From an uncultured delta proteobacterium (GTDB lineage Bacteria > Myxococcota_A > Polyangia > Polyangiales > Polyangiaceae), in contig CAWJCS010000006.1 of the NCBI GenBank assembly GCA_963841435.1, positions 928,001 through 992,000 of the forward strand: a stretch of DNA of 64,000 nt. The letters are read 5' to 3'. The notes below the pieces were generated by a model. That model was not told the DNA's origin. It saw only the letters and a program-made list of their open reading frames with translations, and searched no databases. Positions 1 through 10,395 of the stretch are shown here, piece after piece. How positions within the stretch are numbered: the stretch's first letter is position 1; each line of letters opens with the position of its first letter. Made by a program: the position numbers and the translations under genes.

Positions 1-1062
1 AAATCCCAGTTTTTTACCGGCATCAGCTACGTGCAGCTCCGCAAGTCGGTGCCCGGCGTCAAGGCGTTCCAGCGCATCTTGAAGGCGCTCGACGAAGGCG
101 TCGAGGGCGTGGACGACGAGGACCGCATGCGCGACCTCGCGAACCTTTCCATCGCGCGCACCTACTACTCGGCGTCGATCACCCTCGACGCGGAGACGAA
201 TGCGCCGAACGTCAACTCGACGAAGCTCTCCGCGGCCGTCAAGTACTGGAACTCGGTCGACCAGGCGAGTGAGTACTGGCTCGACGCGCTGTTCGAGGAG
301 TCGTGGGCGTACTTCATGGCGGGCGACTACCCGCACGCGCTCGGGAACATCCACACCATCCAGGCGCCGTACTTCCCGAATTCGTTCCACCCCGAAGCGG
401 ACATCCTCAAGGCAGTCATTTACTTCACGAACTGCAACTACGACGCGGCCAGCATCACCGTCGCGCGCTTCCACAAGAAGTACGTCCCCATCCGCGACGA
501 GCTCGAGAAGGTCCTGAAAAAGTACTCCGGGCAGAACCAGGAGGAGCCCTTCTTCAAGTTTCTGCTCCAGGTACGTGACGGCAAGGGCGACCTCGACGAT
601 CGCATCCGCCCCATCGTCGAGAACGCCCTCAGCGATCGTCAGCTCCTGCGTAACATCGACTACGTGCGCCTCCTCGAGGAAGAGGAGAAGCGCTTCAAGA
701 AGTCGCCCTCGAGCTTCCAGAGCTCCGGTCTGGGTATGCAGGTTGGCGACGCCCTGAAGCTTGCCCGCGATCTCGCGGTCCGTCAGGCCGGCGAGCTCGC
801 GATCCAGCGCTATCGGCGCAACGTCGACGAGCTGAGCGAGCACATGCGAAACGGCGAGAAGATCCTCATCGATATCACGGCGGCACAGCGCAACATCCTC
901 GATACGAAGATCCAGACGGGTCAGGTCAGCAAGGCAGAGTCCAAGATTTACGGCGTGGTCAAACCCGACGAAGAGCACGTGCTCTGGCCGTTCAACGGCG
1001 AGTACTGGCGTGACGAGCTCGGGTTCTATCGGCAGGTCGTCGAGTCCGCGTGCGGGAGATAA
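1..1062 (+). CDS. gltC: GltC/NfsC-like TPR protein of the gliding/envelope transport machinery (5' end outside the window)
   Basis: Frame is open from base 1. TPR-like helices and the C-terminal motif DEEHVLWPFNGEYWRDELGFYR...C typical of GltC. Lies directly upstream of gltD-G with a TAATG stop/start overlap. Confidence 0.75.
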   Translation, partial: KSQFFTGISYVQLRKSVPGVKAFQRILKALDEGVEGVDDEDRMRDLANLSIARTYYSASITLDAETNAPNVNSTKLSAAVKYWNSVDQASEYWLDALFEESWAYFMAGDYPHALGNIHTIQAPYFPNSFHPEADILKAVIYFTNCNYDAASITVARFHKKYVPIRDELEKVLKKYSGQNQEEPFFKFLLQVRDGKGDLDDRIRPIVENALSDRQLLRNIDYVRLLEEEEKRFKKSPSSFQSSGLGMQVGDALKLARDLAVRQAGELAIQRYRRNVDELSEHMRNGEKILIDITAAQRNILDTKIQTGQVSKAESKIYGVVKPDEEHVLWPFNGEYWRDELGFYRQVVESACGR

Positions 1063-4000
1063 TGGTGATGAGTTCGAAGATCCGAGCGATATCTTTTTTT
1101 GCCACTCTGTGTGGAGCGGCCCTGGTGACGCTGGGTGCCGGTGCGGCGCCCGAAGCGAAGATGAGCGATCTGAGCGCCGAGTGCGTCGGGGCGGAGGCTC
1201 CCAAGGCCCTCGCGACCTGCCCTGGCGGGCCCAGCAAGTTCGAAGGCCGCAAGAAGCACAGCGCCGCCTTCAAGAGCGCGCCGCCGCCGATCGAGGCGAA
1301 GAAGCGTCAGGACGACGTGAAGCCGGTCAACCCGGACGAGCTCAAGAAGTACGCCGAGCGCGACACGCGAAAGACGCGCTTGCAGGCGCGCGCCCGGGCC
1401 CTGCTCATCACCGAGATCCAGGGTCTCGAGCGCCTCTACAAGAACACGCCGCAGAAGTCGGCTGACAAGCCACAGCTCACGCGACGCCTCGCAGAGGGCT
1501 ACGTCGAGCTCGAGAGCGCGGCGCTGCGCGACAAGATCGCCGCCGACATCCAGGCACAAGACGCGAAGGCGAAGAAGCGCGACGCGGGCAAGTTTCGTTC
1601 GGACGCGGCCTCGGCCGGGAAGATCGTCAAGGCCGCTCGCGTGAACGCCATCAAGTACTACACCTTGATGAAGGACAAGTTCCCCAAGTACTCGAAGATC
1701 GACGAGGTGCTCTACTACCTCGCGTACGAGTACGAGCAGGCGCAAAACTACGACAAGGCGCGCGAGGTCTACCTAGAGCTCATCGACAAGGCGCCGAAGT
1801 CGCCGTACATCCCCAACGCCTACCTCGCGTTCGGCGAGCTGTTCTTCCAGGAAGCCCAGGGCGATCCCTCCAAGTGGGAGCTCGCCGCGGCGGCCTACAA
1901 GGAAGTCATCAAGTACCCGCCGCCGACCAACAAGGTCTACGGCTACGCCCGCTACAAGCTCGGCTACGTCCACTGGAACAAGGGCGACTACCCGAACGCG
2001 CTCAGCGAGTTCAAGCGCGTCATCGAGTACGGCGATCAGTACGCCGAGCTTCCGAACGCGAAGCAGCTCGCGAAGGCCGCGCGTCGCGACGTGATCCCGG
2101 TCTACGCCGTGAGCGGCGCACCCGAGAAAGCCTACAACTTCTCTCAAGCCGATCTCGGGCGACAAGAGCGGCGACAACACCGCCACCATCGGCATGATGA
2201 ACGAGCTCGGTACGGCCTACCTCGATACCGGCCACTACCGCGAGGCCATCGTCCTCTACAAAGACCTTTTGGGCCGCGACGCCGGCGAGAAGAGCTGCTT
2301 TTACCAGGGCCAGATCACGCAGGCCACGCAGGCGCTCTTCTCGGGCGACAAGGAGACGGTGCGAAAGGAGCTCGATCAGCAGCTTCGCGTGCGCACCGAC
2401 TTCGCGAAGGGCTCGACTTCGGAGAAGTCGAAGCTCGAGTGCTCGAACAAGACGGCAGAGCTCCTCGCCGAGACCGCGATGAGCTGGCACCTCGAGGCCG
2501 TGGGCTCGGGTGGCGTGCGCGGTACGGGCGACAAGAAGACGATGGATCTTGCCGCCTACCTCTACAAGAAGGTCTCCGAGAACTTCACCGCGGAGGACTT
2601 CACCAAGTTCCAGTTCCCGCGCATCGTCAAGAGCGACTGGCCGACGATGTACAAGATCAAGTACGCGATGGCGGACTTGCTCTACTTCCAGCAGCGCTGG
2701 GAGGATTGCGGGCCGGCCTTCGACGCCGTGGTCGCCGAAAACCCCAAGGCCGAACAGGCCGCGGAAGCCGCGTACGCTTCGGTGCTCTGCTACCAGAAGA
2801 TGTACGACCAGATGTACAAGGGGGACTCGGACCGCAAGAGCAAGGGCTTTGCTCTGAAGGGTGCGGGCGAGAAGGAGCGTGAGGCCAAGAAGGGCGAGTG
2901 GGACAAGTTCAAGCCCAAGGAGTTCACGACCCAGCAGAAGGGCATGATCCAGGCCTTCAACCGCTACATTTGCTACATCAAGCCCACCAAGGGCGACAAG
3001 GAGGCGGAGGAGCAGTACGTCGAGGTGAAGTACGCGCGCGCGCGCACTTACTTCGAGGCGTCAGCACTGGGAAGAGGCCGCGCTCGCGTTCCGCGACGTG
3101 GCGATCAACCACTCGGACAAGGACGCCGGCATCTTTGCGGCGCAACCTCTACCTCGAGGCGGTCAACGTGCTCGGCTCGCGCGCCGAGCCGCCGCGCCCG
3201 AGCTGCTTCGACGACATGGGCAAGGACGTCCCGACCTTCATCGAGCTTTACTGCAAAGGTCAGAAGGGCGAGGACAACAAGGAGCAGTGCGAGGTCTTCA
3301 CGCGCATCCAGTTCGACATCCAGCGCATGAAGGCCCAGAAGATCGTCGAGCTCGCCGACGGCCAGCAGGAAAAGGGGTCGTACCGGGAGTCGCTCGATAA
3401 CTACAAGAAGGGCGCGGACGCGTACCTCGAGCTCTGGAGAACGTACTGCGAGGAACCGCTCGCGAAGGGCGAGAAGCCCAAGCAGTGCGAGAAGGCGGAC
3501 GAGATCGTCTACAATATGGCGCGCGCCTACCAGGCGGCTCGCCTTCTCGCGAAGTCGATCCAGGCCCGACAGATCCTGCTCTCGGACAAGTACGGGCTGA
3601 ACGGCTCCGAGCTGGCCAAGAAGGCCACGTACGAGATTGGCGGGAACTACCAAGCCATCGCCGTCTACGACCGCGCCGCCGACTACTTCGAGAAGTACGC
3701 GAAGGCGACCGACTACAAGGGCGAATTCGCGGACCAAGCACTGAGCGACGCGACGGTGCTCCGGCTCGGCCTCGGCCAGGAGGATCAGGCGATCTCCGAC
3801 GCCAATGCCTTCAACAAGTACTACGGCGCGCGAAAGGCGGCCCAAGCCGCACAGATCGCGTTCGCCGTCGCCGCTCACTACGGCGAAAAGAAAGACTGGA
3901 ACAACGTCCAGAAACGCCTGGCCGGTACGATGAAGCTCATCGACAGCAAGGCGACGCCGGACGTGCAGGTCCAGGCGCACGCGCTGCTCGGCCGCGCCTA

Positions 4001-4823
4001 CGCGCAGATGAAGCGCACGGGCCCGGCGGGTCAGGAGTACTCGAAGATCGTCAAGACCTGGGACGACCCGAAGGCCGCCGCCAACAAGGTGATGGACATC
4101 CCCGACGAGGATGCGGCCGGCAAGCAGCGGCGCCTCGGCCGTGCGCTCGAAGCCGTCGGCGAGGCGATCTTCTTCTTCGCCGAGCAGAAGAAGGACAAGG
4201 TCGATAAGATTGCCTTCCCCGAGTACAAGGGCCCCGGCGACAAGGACGCCGTGCTCAAGCACATCCAGACCAAGGTCAAGGACTGGATCGGCAAGAAGCG
4301 GCCGCTCATCGTCGACGCGAGCACCGAGTACAAGAAGATCGTCGATCTTCAGCCGGTGCCGCCCCCGCGCTGGGTCATCGCGGCCGGCTCCCGCGTCGGC
4401 GAAATGTGGGGCAAGTTCGTGAAAGAGTTCCGGGCGGCCCCGATCCCGGACAAGATCAAGAAGGATTACGAGCTTCGCACCGCGTACTACGGCGCTCTCG
4501 ACGACGCGTCGGAGCCGCAGAAGCAGCAAGCCAAGGGCGCCTTCGAGGTCTGCCTCGGTTATTCCGTCAAGTACCAGTACTTCGACCAGTTCAGCCGCGC
4601 CTGCGAGGAGTGGCTCGCCGAGAACTACAAGTCCGAGTACCACCTGGTGGACGAGTTCCGCGGCGCTCCGAACCGCGTGAACAGCGTCCTCAAAGAGCAG
4701 GGCAATCCGCTCCGTATCGGGGGTAGCCCGATTGCAGCGCAGACGGCGGAGCAGCCCGAGAAGAAGGCGGCTGCCAAGTCCGACGACGACAAGAAGGACG
4801 ACGACAAGAAGGGCAAGAAATGA
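1062..4823 (+). CDS. gltD: GltD/AgmU/NfsD-like periplasmic TPR protein (~1250 aa), split into four frame segments by three +1 insertions
   Basis: Signal peptide (MSSKIRAISFFATLCGAALVTLGAGA) and many TPR repeats. Removing one base near 2142-2145, 3061 and 3146-3147 joins ORFs 1050..2882, 2194..3330, 3098..3400 and 2898..4823 into one protein (...YNFFKPISGD...YFEAQHWEEAALAF...FAAQLYLEAVN...). Sits between gltC and gltE. Confidence 0.75.
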
Positions 4824-4861
4824 ACGCGCGAAGCCACGGCGAGGGATCGAGGAGACCGACC

Positions 4862-6517
4862 ATGACTCGTTGGACCAGCACCTTCCTACTCGGCCTTCTG
4901 CCCATGATGGTCGCCTGCGGAGGCTCCGGTGGCGCCGCCATCAAGCTCAAGCCCGAGGACGCGAGCGGTCGCAGCACGCGCTCGGGCCACCAGGTTTCGA
5001 AGGAGGCGGCTGCGGGCTTCGATTCGGCCCTGGAAACCTTCCTCGATCACGACAAGAAGGGCGATTGGGCGGAGGCCAGCTGCAAGGCGGTCTCGGCCAA
5101 GTTCGACGACGCGGCGTCCGATCAGAAGTCGGCTACCAATCGCGCCTTTCCCGAGGCCATCTACAACTCGGGGCTCGCTCTGCAGCGCTGCGGCAAGGAT
5201 GCCGAGGCCCGCGCGAAGTTCGAGTCTGCGGCCAAGGCGGACGCGAGCTTCCATCGTGCGAGGGCACAGATCGTACTTTACGACTTCGCCAAGACGGGTG
5301 ACGTCGACGGGACGATCCGGGATCTCGACCAGATCATCCGCGACGCCAAGTTCCAGAACGTCGAGGCGCTCGTGAGCCTCGCGGCGCTGCAGATGGAGCG
5401 CGGGAGCGACCAGCCCGACTCCGACGGCAAGAACGACCTAGAGCGCGCTCAGCGTAACCTGCAGCGGGCCCTCGCGATCGACGACGGCTACATGCCCGCC
5501 TTCAACCAGCTCGCGGTGTACTACCTCGAGCAGGCCAAGACCGCGGTCGGTACGGCGAAGACGCGCTCTCGCCGTGGCAAGCGCGGCATGGAAGTCTCGG
5601 GTGCGAACCGCGTCGATGCCAACGAGCAGCAGCTCGATCTCGCGGCGCTCGTGGCTTCTCAAGCTCAGCGCAAGAACCCGAACTACGCGCCGATCCACAA
5701 CACGACGGGCCTCATCCAGGTCGAGCTCAAGAACTTCAACTCGGCGGTGAAGAGCTTCGCGCGTGCGCGCCAGCTCGATCCGAAGTTCTTCGAGGCTCAG
5801 ATGAACTACGCCGCGGTGAACCTCTCGTTCCGCGGCTTCGAGGAGGCCGAGAAGGCCTACCGCGAAGCGCTGAAGCTGCGTCCCAACGAGTACGAGGTCC
5901 AGCTCGGCCTTGCGCTCGCGGTGCGCGGCCAGATCAACGACAGCAACTTCGACAAGAGCGTCGCCGAAGCCCAGAAGCACCTCGACGAGGCCAAGAAGAT
6001 CGACGCCGGTCGTCCGGAGACCTACTACAACGAGGCGATCCTGACGCAGGAGTTCCGAGCGAAGCGCGGGAATCCGGTCCCGGCGCTCGAGAAGGCGGCG
6101 CAGCAGTACGCCGCGTTCATCGAGAAGGCTGGCGACGACCCCGTGTTTGCCCAGGCGGTCAAGCGCTCCAAGGAGCGCTCGCAGGACATCCAGGACACGA
6201 TCAAGTTCATCCGGGAAGGCGAGGAGGCCAAGAAGCAGGAAGAGGCTGCGATGGCCGAGGCCAAGAAGCTCGAGGCCGAGCAAGCCAAGCAGAAGGCCGA
6301 AGAGGATAAGCTCAAGGCCGAGGAAGCGAAGAAGAAGGCCGACGAGGACAAGAAGAAGGCCGACGACGAGAAGAAGGCCAAGGACGCCAAGGGAGCCGCC
6401 CCCGCGGACGCTGGCAAGCCAGGTGCGGCACCGGCCGACCCGAAGGCCGGCAAGCCTGCCGACCCGAAGGCGGCACCCGCCAAGGCACCCGCCAAGGCCC
6501 CTGCCGCAAAGAAGTGA
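4862..6517 (+). CDS. gltE: GltE/AglT/NfsE-like TPR lipoprotein with a Lys/Ala/Glu-rich C-terminal tail
   Basis: GGAGA ribosome site before ATG 4862, lipobox MMVA-C, TPR repeats (YAPIHNTTGLI, AQMNYAAVNLSFRGF) and position after gltD. Confidence 0.75.
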   Translation: MTRWTSTFLLGLLPMMVACGGSGGAAIKLKPEDASGRSTRSGHQVSKEAAAGFDSALETFLDHDKKGDWAEASCKAVSAKFDDAASDQKSATNRAFPEAIYNSGLALQRCGKDAEARAKFESAAKADASFHRARAQIVLYDFAKTGDVDGTIRDLDQIIRDAKFQNVEALVSLAALQMERGSDQPDSDGKNDLERAQRNLQRALAIDDGYMPAFNQLAVYYLEQAKTAVGTAKTRSRRGKRGMEVSGANRVDANEQQLDLAALVASQAQRKNPNYAPIHNTTGLIQVELKNFNSAVKSFARARQLDPKFFEAQMNYAAVNLSFRGFEEAEKAYREALKLRPNEYEVQLGLALAVRGQINDSNFDKSVAEAQKHLDEAKKIDAGRPETYYNEAILTQEFRAKRGNPVPALEKAAQQYAAFIEKAGDDPVFAQAVKRSKERSQDIQDTIKFIREGEEAKKQEEAAMAEAKKLEAEQAKQKAEEDKLKAEEAKKKADEDKKKADDEKKAKDAKGAAPADAGKPGAAPADPKAGKPADPKAAPAKAPAKAPAAKK

Positions 6518-6656
6518 TCCTGTTCGGGAACACAGGGCTGAGGTCGGTGTCCAACCTCGGCGCGTGATTGCGGTTGACGCCCGAAGTTGTGTACACTACC
6601 ACTGTAATCACGGGGCTACTTCTCGGGAAGCGGTCCTTGTAAGGAGAACGGAAATC

Positions 6657-6950
6657 ATGGCGACTTCGATCCGAACCAGGGTGATCGGCCTCACGGCTGG
6701 CCTGGCCGTGGTGTTCCTCACGTCTGCGGCTTTCGCTCAGGAAGAGGGCGTCAAAGGTGCCCCGGGCGCGGACGCGGGTGGTGGTGGTGAAGGTTACGGC
6801 TACGAGTTCGACGATGATCCGTTGAGCGCCGGTGGCTTCGGCCCGAACGACGCGACGATCAAGGTACGACCGAAGGCGGCGCGTACGACGCTCATCCGTC
6901 CCCGAACTCATTTCATCCCGGAGATGCTGAAGTCGGTCGAGAACATCTGA
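6657..6950 (+). CDS. gltF: GltF/CglF-like small secreted protein (97 aa)
   Basis: AAGGAG ribosome site, signal peptide ending AFA, YEFDDD motif and C-terminal LIRPRTHFIPEMLKSVENI typical of GltF/CglF. Lies between gltE and gltG. Confidence 0.75.
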   Translation: MATSIRTRVIGLTAGLAVVFLTSAAFAQEEGVKGAPGADAGGGGEGYGYEFDDDPLSAGGFGPNDATIKVRPKAARTTLIRPRTHFIPEMLKSVENI

Positions 6951-7012
6951 AGCGCCGGCTTCTGGTCGCACGCGGTTAAGCAAGACGCAGGTCTTTTTAG
7001 GAAATCCAAGTA

Positions 7013-9022
7013 ATGGCCAAGGCAGTTCTGACGTTCGCAATCTATGAAGCCGATGTGTTCCAGCGCCACGAGATGGTGACGCAGGACATCGTCAAGGTCG
7101 GCAAGGACCCGAAGAGCCACCTGCGCGTCGACGACGAGTTCGCTTCGCGGATGCACGCGGTCATCGAGGTGGCGGGCCCGGAGGACATCACGCTGATCGA
7201 TCTTGGCAACGAGCCGGGTACGCTCGTGAACGGCGCCCGCGTCAACAAGTGCAAGCTGCACGTCGGCGATCAGATCCAGATTGGTGGAGCGAAGATCATT
7301 CTCGAATCGGCCGAGCCCGCGGGCGCGGAGATGCACGCGCCGCCGCCCATGCCCGCCGCGACTCCCTCCCAGAACCCGTTCGCGGCCGGCATGACCCGTC
7401 CGCTCGCTGGCGCTGCGAACCCATTCGCCGCGGCGCCGAACCCGTTCGAGGCCGCAGCGAATCCGTTTGCTGCGGGCGCCGCGGCCCAGGCGCACGCAGC
7501 AGCGCTGCACGTGCCCTCGGACGCTCCGCCCGGTAGCTACACCTATACGATGATCAAGAGCGGGCCCGACGTGAGCCCGGACGAGGTCGAGCTGCCGCAC
7601 GTGCAGTCGGTCGAGGTGATGGTGCTCTGGGGCTCGAACGTGCTCCACGTTTCGCACCTCACGCCGCCGCGGAATTTCTACGTCGGCGAGGAGCACGGCA
7701 AGAACTTCGGCTGCGACTTCTTCATCCCGAGCGAGAAGCTCGGCACTACCCGCCTGCCCGTCGTGACGGGCGACCGCGCGTCGGTGAGCCTCGTGATCCC
7801 GCCGGGCGCCCACGGCTTCGTGGAGCTGCCGGGCCAGCCGCGGATGTCGCTCGACGAGGCCCGGGCTCGGGCGCAACCGAGCGCCGAGCTCAGCGGTGGT
7901 CACCAGCTCTCGCTGCCCGGTGGTGCGAAGGCACGCGTAGAGGTGAACGATTTCGTGTTCCAGGTTGCCGCCGTGAACGCGGGGCGTCCGCTGAAGCACG
8001 GTGTCGGCGCGGGCTTCGACTGGACCGTGGCCATGTATTTCGGCCTGTCGTTCCTGGCGCACGCCGGGCTGATTGCGGCCATGGCGTTCTTCGTGCCGCC
8101 CCTCGGGCTCACCGACGACGAAGACCTCGACAAGGACGCGCTGTTCCTCATGCAGCAGTACCTGAACGCCGCTGCGGAGCGCGAGCAGGAGGAGAAGGAT
8201 CCCGAGGTCGTCCAGGACAACTCCGACAACAAGGAGGGCGGCACCGGGACGCGCGCGAAGGGCGAGGAAGGGTCGATGGGCAACCCCACGACCAAGGCCA
8301 CGAACAAGCGCTACGCCGTGCAGGGCCCCAAGGACAATCCGGATCCGCACATCGCGCGCCAGGCCGCTCTGCGTGAGGCGATGGAGTTCGGCATGATCGG
8401 CCTTTTGAACACGGGCGCGGCCGGCGACCCGAACGCTCCCACGGCGCCATGGGGCCGCGACACGTCGCTCGGTACCGACGACATCAGCGCTCGAGGCAAC
8501 ATGTGGGGCGACGAGATCGGTGACGCGTTCGGCGCCGGCGGTCTCGGCCTCTCCGGCATCGGCGAAGGCGGCGGCGGTCGCGGCGAGGGCATCGGCCTCG
8601 GCAACATCGGCACGCTCGGTCACGGTGCCGGCGTCGGCACGGGGCAGGGCTTCGGTGCCGGTCACGGGCGCCTCGGCGGCTCCCACAAGACCTCGGCGCC
8701 CAAGGTGCGCATGGGTGCGACGACCGTGAGCGGGCGCCTTCCGCCGGAAGTCATTCAGCGTATCGTGCGCCAGAACTACGGTCGCTTCCGTATGTGTTAC
8801 GAGCAGGGCCTCGGTCGGAACCCGAACCTGCAGGGCCGCGTTTCAGCTCGTTTCGTGATCGGGCGTGATGGATCGGTGTCGAACGTGGGTAACGGTGGGT
8901 CGGATCTTCCCGATAGCGGTGTGGTGAGCTGTGTGCTCTCCGCGTTCTACGGGCTGAGCTTCCCCCAGCCCGAGGGTGGCATCGTGACCGTCGTCTACCC
9001 GATCATGCTCGAGCCTGGCTGA
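7013..9022 (+). CDS. gltG: GltG/PglI-like inner-membrane protein: FHA domain, one TM helix, Gly-rich linker, TonB-C-like AgmX/PglI C-terminal domain
   Basis: FHA (KVGKDPKSHL...ASRMHA...NGARV), TM (AMYFGLSFLAHAGLIAAMAFFV) and C-terminal GRLPPEVIQRIVRQNYGRFRMCYEQGL...FPQPEGGIVTVVYP. Confidence 0.8.
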   Translation: MAKAVLTFAIYEADVFQRHEMVTQDIVKVGKDPKSHLRVDDEFASRMHAVIEVAGPEDITLIDLGNEPGTLVNGARVNKCKLHVGDQIQIGGAKIILESAEPAGAEMHAPPPMPAATPSQNPFAAGMTRPLAGAANPFAAAPNPFEAAANPFAAGAAAQAHAAALHVPSDAPPGSYTYTMIKSGPDVSPDEVELPHVQSVEVMVLWGSNVLHVSHLTPPRNFYVGEEHGKNFGCDFFIPSEKLGTTRLPVVTGDRASVSLVIPPGAHGFVELPGQPRMSLDEARARAQPSAELSGGHQLSLPGGAKARVEVNDFVFQVAAVNAGRPLKHGVGAGFDWTVAMYFGLSFLAHAGLIAAMAFFVPPLGLTDDEDLDKDALFLMQQYLNAAAEREQEEKDPEVVQDNSDNKEGGTGTRAKGEEGSMGNPTTKATNKRYAVQGPKDNPDPHIARQAALREAMEFGMIGLLNTGAAGDPNAPTAPWGRDTSLGTDDISARGNMWGDEIGDAFGAGGLGLSGIGEGGGGRGEGIGLGNIGTLGHGAGVGTGQGFGAGHGRLGGSHKTSAPKVRMGATTVSGRLPPEVIQRIVRQNYGRFRMCYEQGLGRNPNLQGRVSARFVIGRDGSVSNVGNGGSDLPDSGVVSCVLSAFYGLSFPQPEGGIVTVVYPIMLEPG

Positions 9023-9353
9023 CGGGCGCGTGCCCCCGTCGCTGCTTCCCGGCACGGGCGCACTCGCGATCCTTGTCGCGTGCCGTTGACCCCTTCGGTC
9101 CCGCAAAAGGCCCGGTCGGCCGCGAGGCGCCGACGCCGGGCAGAAAGGCGCTCCGCGCTTTACTTCACCGGTGTCGTGCGCCTATGCTCGTGCCTCTCTT
9201 GGCTCGGCAGAAGGCCCCCTCCGGTGCTCTCGGCGAGCGCGCGGCGGGGCTCGGCCGCCGACGCCGTCGCTCCGCTTGTGCTTGATGACTGTCGGGTTGA
9301 AAGGATGCTCGCATGCTTCCCGTCGCCCGCCCGCGAACCACGGATACTTCCCA

Positions 9354-10262
9354 ATGAAACTCGGTCGATGCGCAACGCTCGCAGCTCTAGTCGTGGGTAT
9401 GGTGGTCGGCGGCTGCAGCCGCAGCCACATTGAAGCCATCAACCTCGCGAACGAGGGCGACCAGTCCGTCAAGGTCAACGTCGAGAACGCCATCGGCAAG
9501 TACGAGCAGGCGGTCCAGCTCGACCCGACGAACCACCGCATCTTGTGGAAGCTCGCGGCGGCCTACGAGAAGAAGGAGGACTGGGACAAGCTCGCGTCGA
9601 CGCTCTCGCGCGCGACGCAGGTGGCCCCGGACTTCGCGACGTACTGGTACAAGCGCGGGCTCGCCCTCATCAACTTGGGTGAAGCGGGCAACCGCGATGC
9701 GTACGAGCAGGCGAAGGAGCCGCTCAAAAAGTGCATCGAGAAGGATCCGAATCTCGCGGAGTGTTACTTCTTGATGGGGCTCGCTCTGCAGTGGACCGAC
9801 GACGAGCAGGGTGCCGTGGACATGTACACGAAGGCCATCCAGCACGACCCGACGCACGGCTTCTTCTATCCCGCGCTCGCCGGGCTCTACCTCGAGTTCA
9901 AGCTCGACAAAGAGGCCGAACAGGTGCTCACCGAGGGCACGAAGCTCGTGCAGCCCAACGAGAAGAACCTGCCGAAGATCTACAACATGTACATCTTGCT
10001 GGCGAACGTCGCGCTGATGCGCGGCGACAAGAGCGCGCAGCTCGCCGCCGTCGAGAAGGCGGAAAAGTTCGCGGGCGAGTCCCACCCGGAATTCTCGTTC
10101 GACCTCGGCAGCACCTACGCGACCATGGATCCGCCGCAGAAGGAGCGGGCCGTGCGTCTCCTCAATCAATTTACCAAGCGCGTCTGCCGCGGGGCGGGCG
10201 GCAAGAAGTTCCAGGAGCAGTGCGAGACCTCCTCGTCGCTGCTGCAGAAGCTCGGGCAGTGA
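9354..10262 (+). CDS. TPR-repeat lipoprotein
   Basis: Start MKLGRCATLAALVVGMVVGG-C (lipobox) followed by several TPR repeats (YEQAVQLDPTNHRILWKLAAAY). Confidence 0.85.
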   Translation: MKLGRCATLAALVVGMVVGGCSRSHIEAINLANEGDQSVKVNVENAIGKYEQAVQLDPTNHRILWKLAAAYEKKEDWDKLASTLSRATQVAPDFATYWYKRGLALINLGEAGNRDAYEQAKEPLKKCIEKDPNLAECYFLMGLALQWTDDEQGAVDMYTKAIQHDPTHGFFYPALAGLYLEFKLDKEAEQVLTEGTKLVQPNEKNLPKIYNMYILLANVALMRGDKSAQLAAVEKAEKFAGESHPEFSFDLGSTYATMDPPQKERAVRLLNQFTKRVCRGAGGKKFQEQCETSSSLLQKLGQ

Positions 10263-10395
10263 TCGAACCCCAAGCCCGCGGGTCGATCGAGAGTCCCCCA
10301 TGGGCTGTCGCTGGGTCCCGACGGTGGCGCGCCCACGGGGTCGGCTGGGCGGGCTCGCGCCTTTCGCACAACGTCGATAGGGTCACCGAGGCAGC

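Noticed and set aside
2130..3150. Programmed ribosomal frameshifting in gltD
   Set aside because: No slippery heptamer or obvious stimulator at any of the three sites, and the same +1 lesion appears in unrelated genes, which fits assembly error better.
6568..6608. Internal sigma70 promoter before gltF
   Set aside because: TTGACG and TACACT are only 12 nt apart and the alternative pairings are weak, so it is not supportable from sequence alone.
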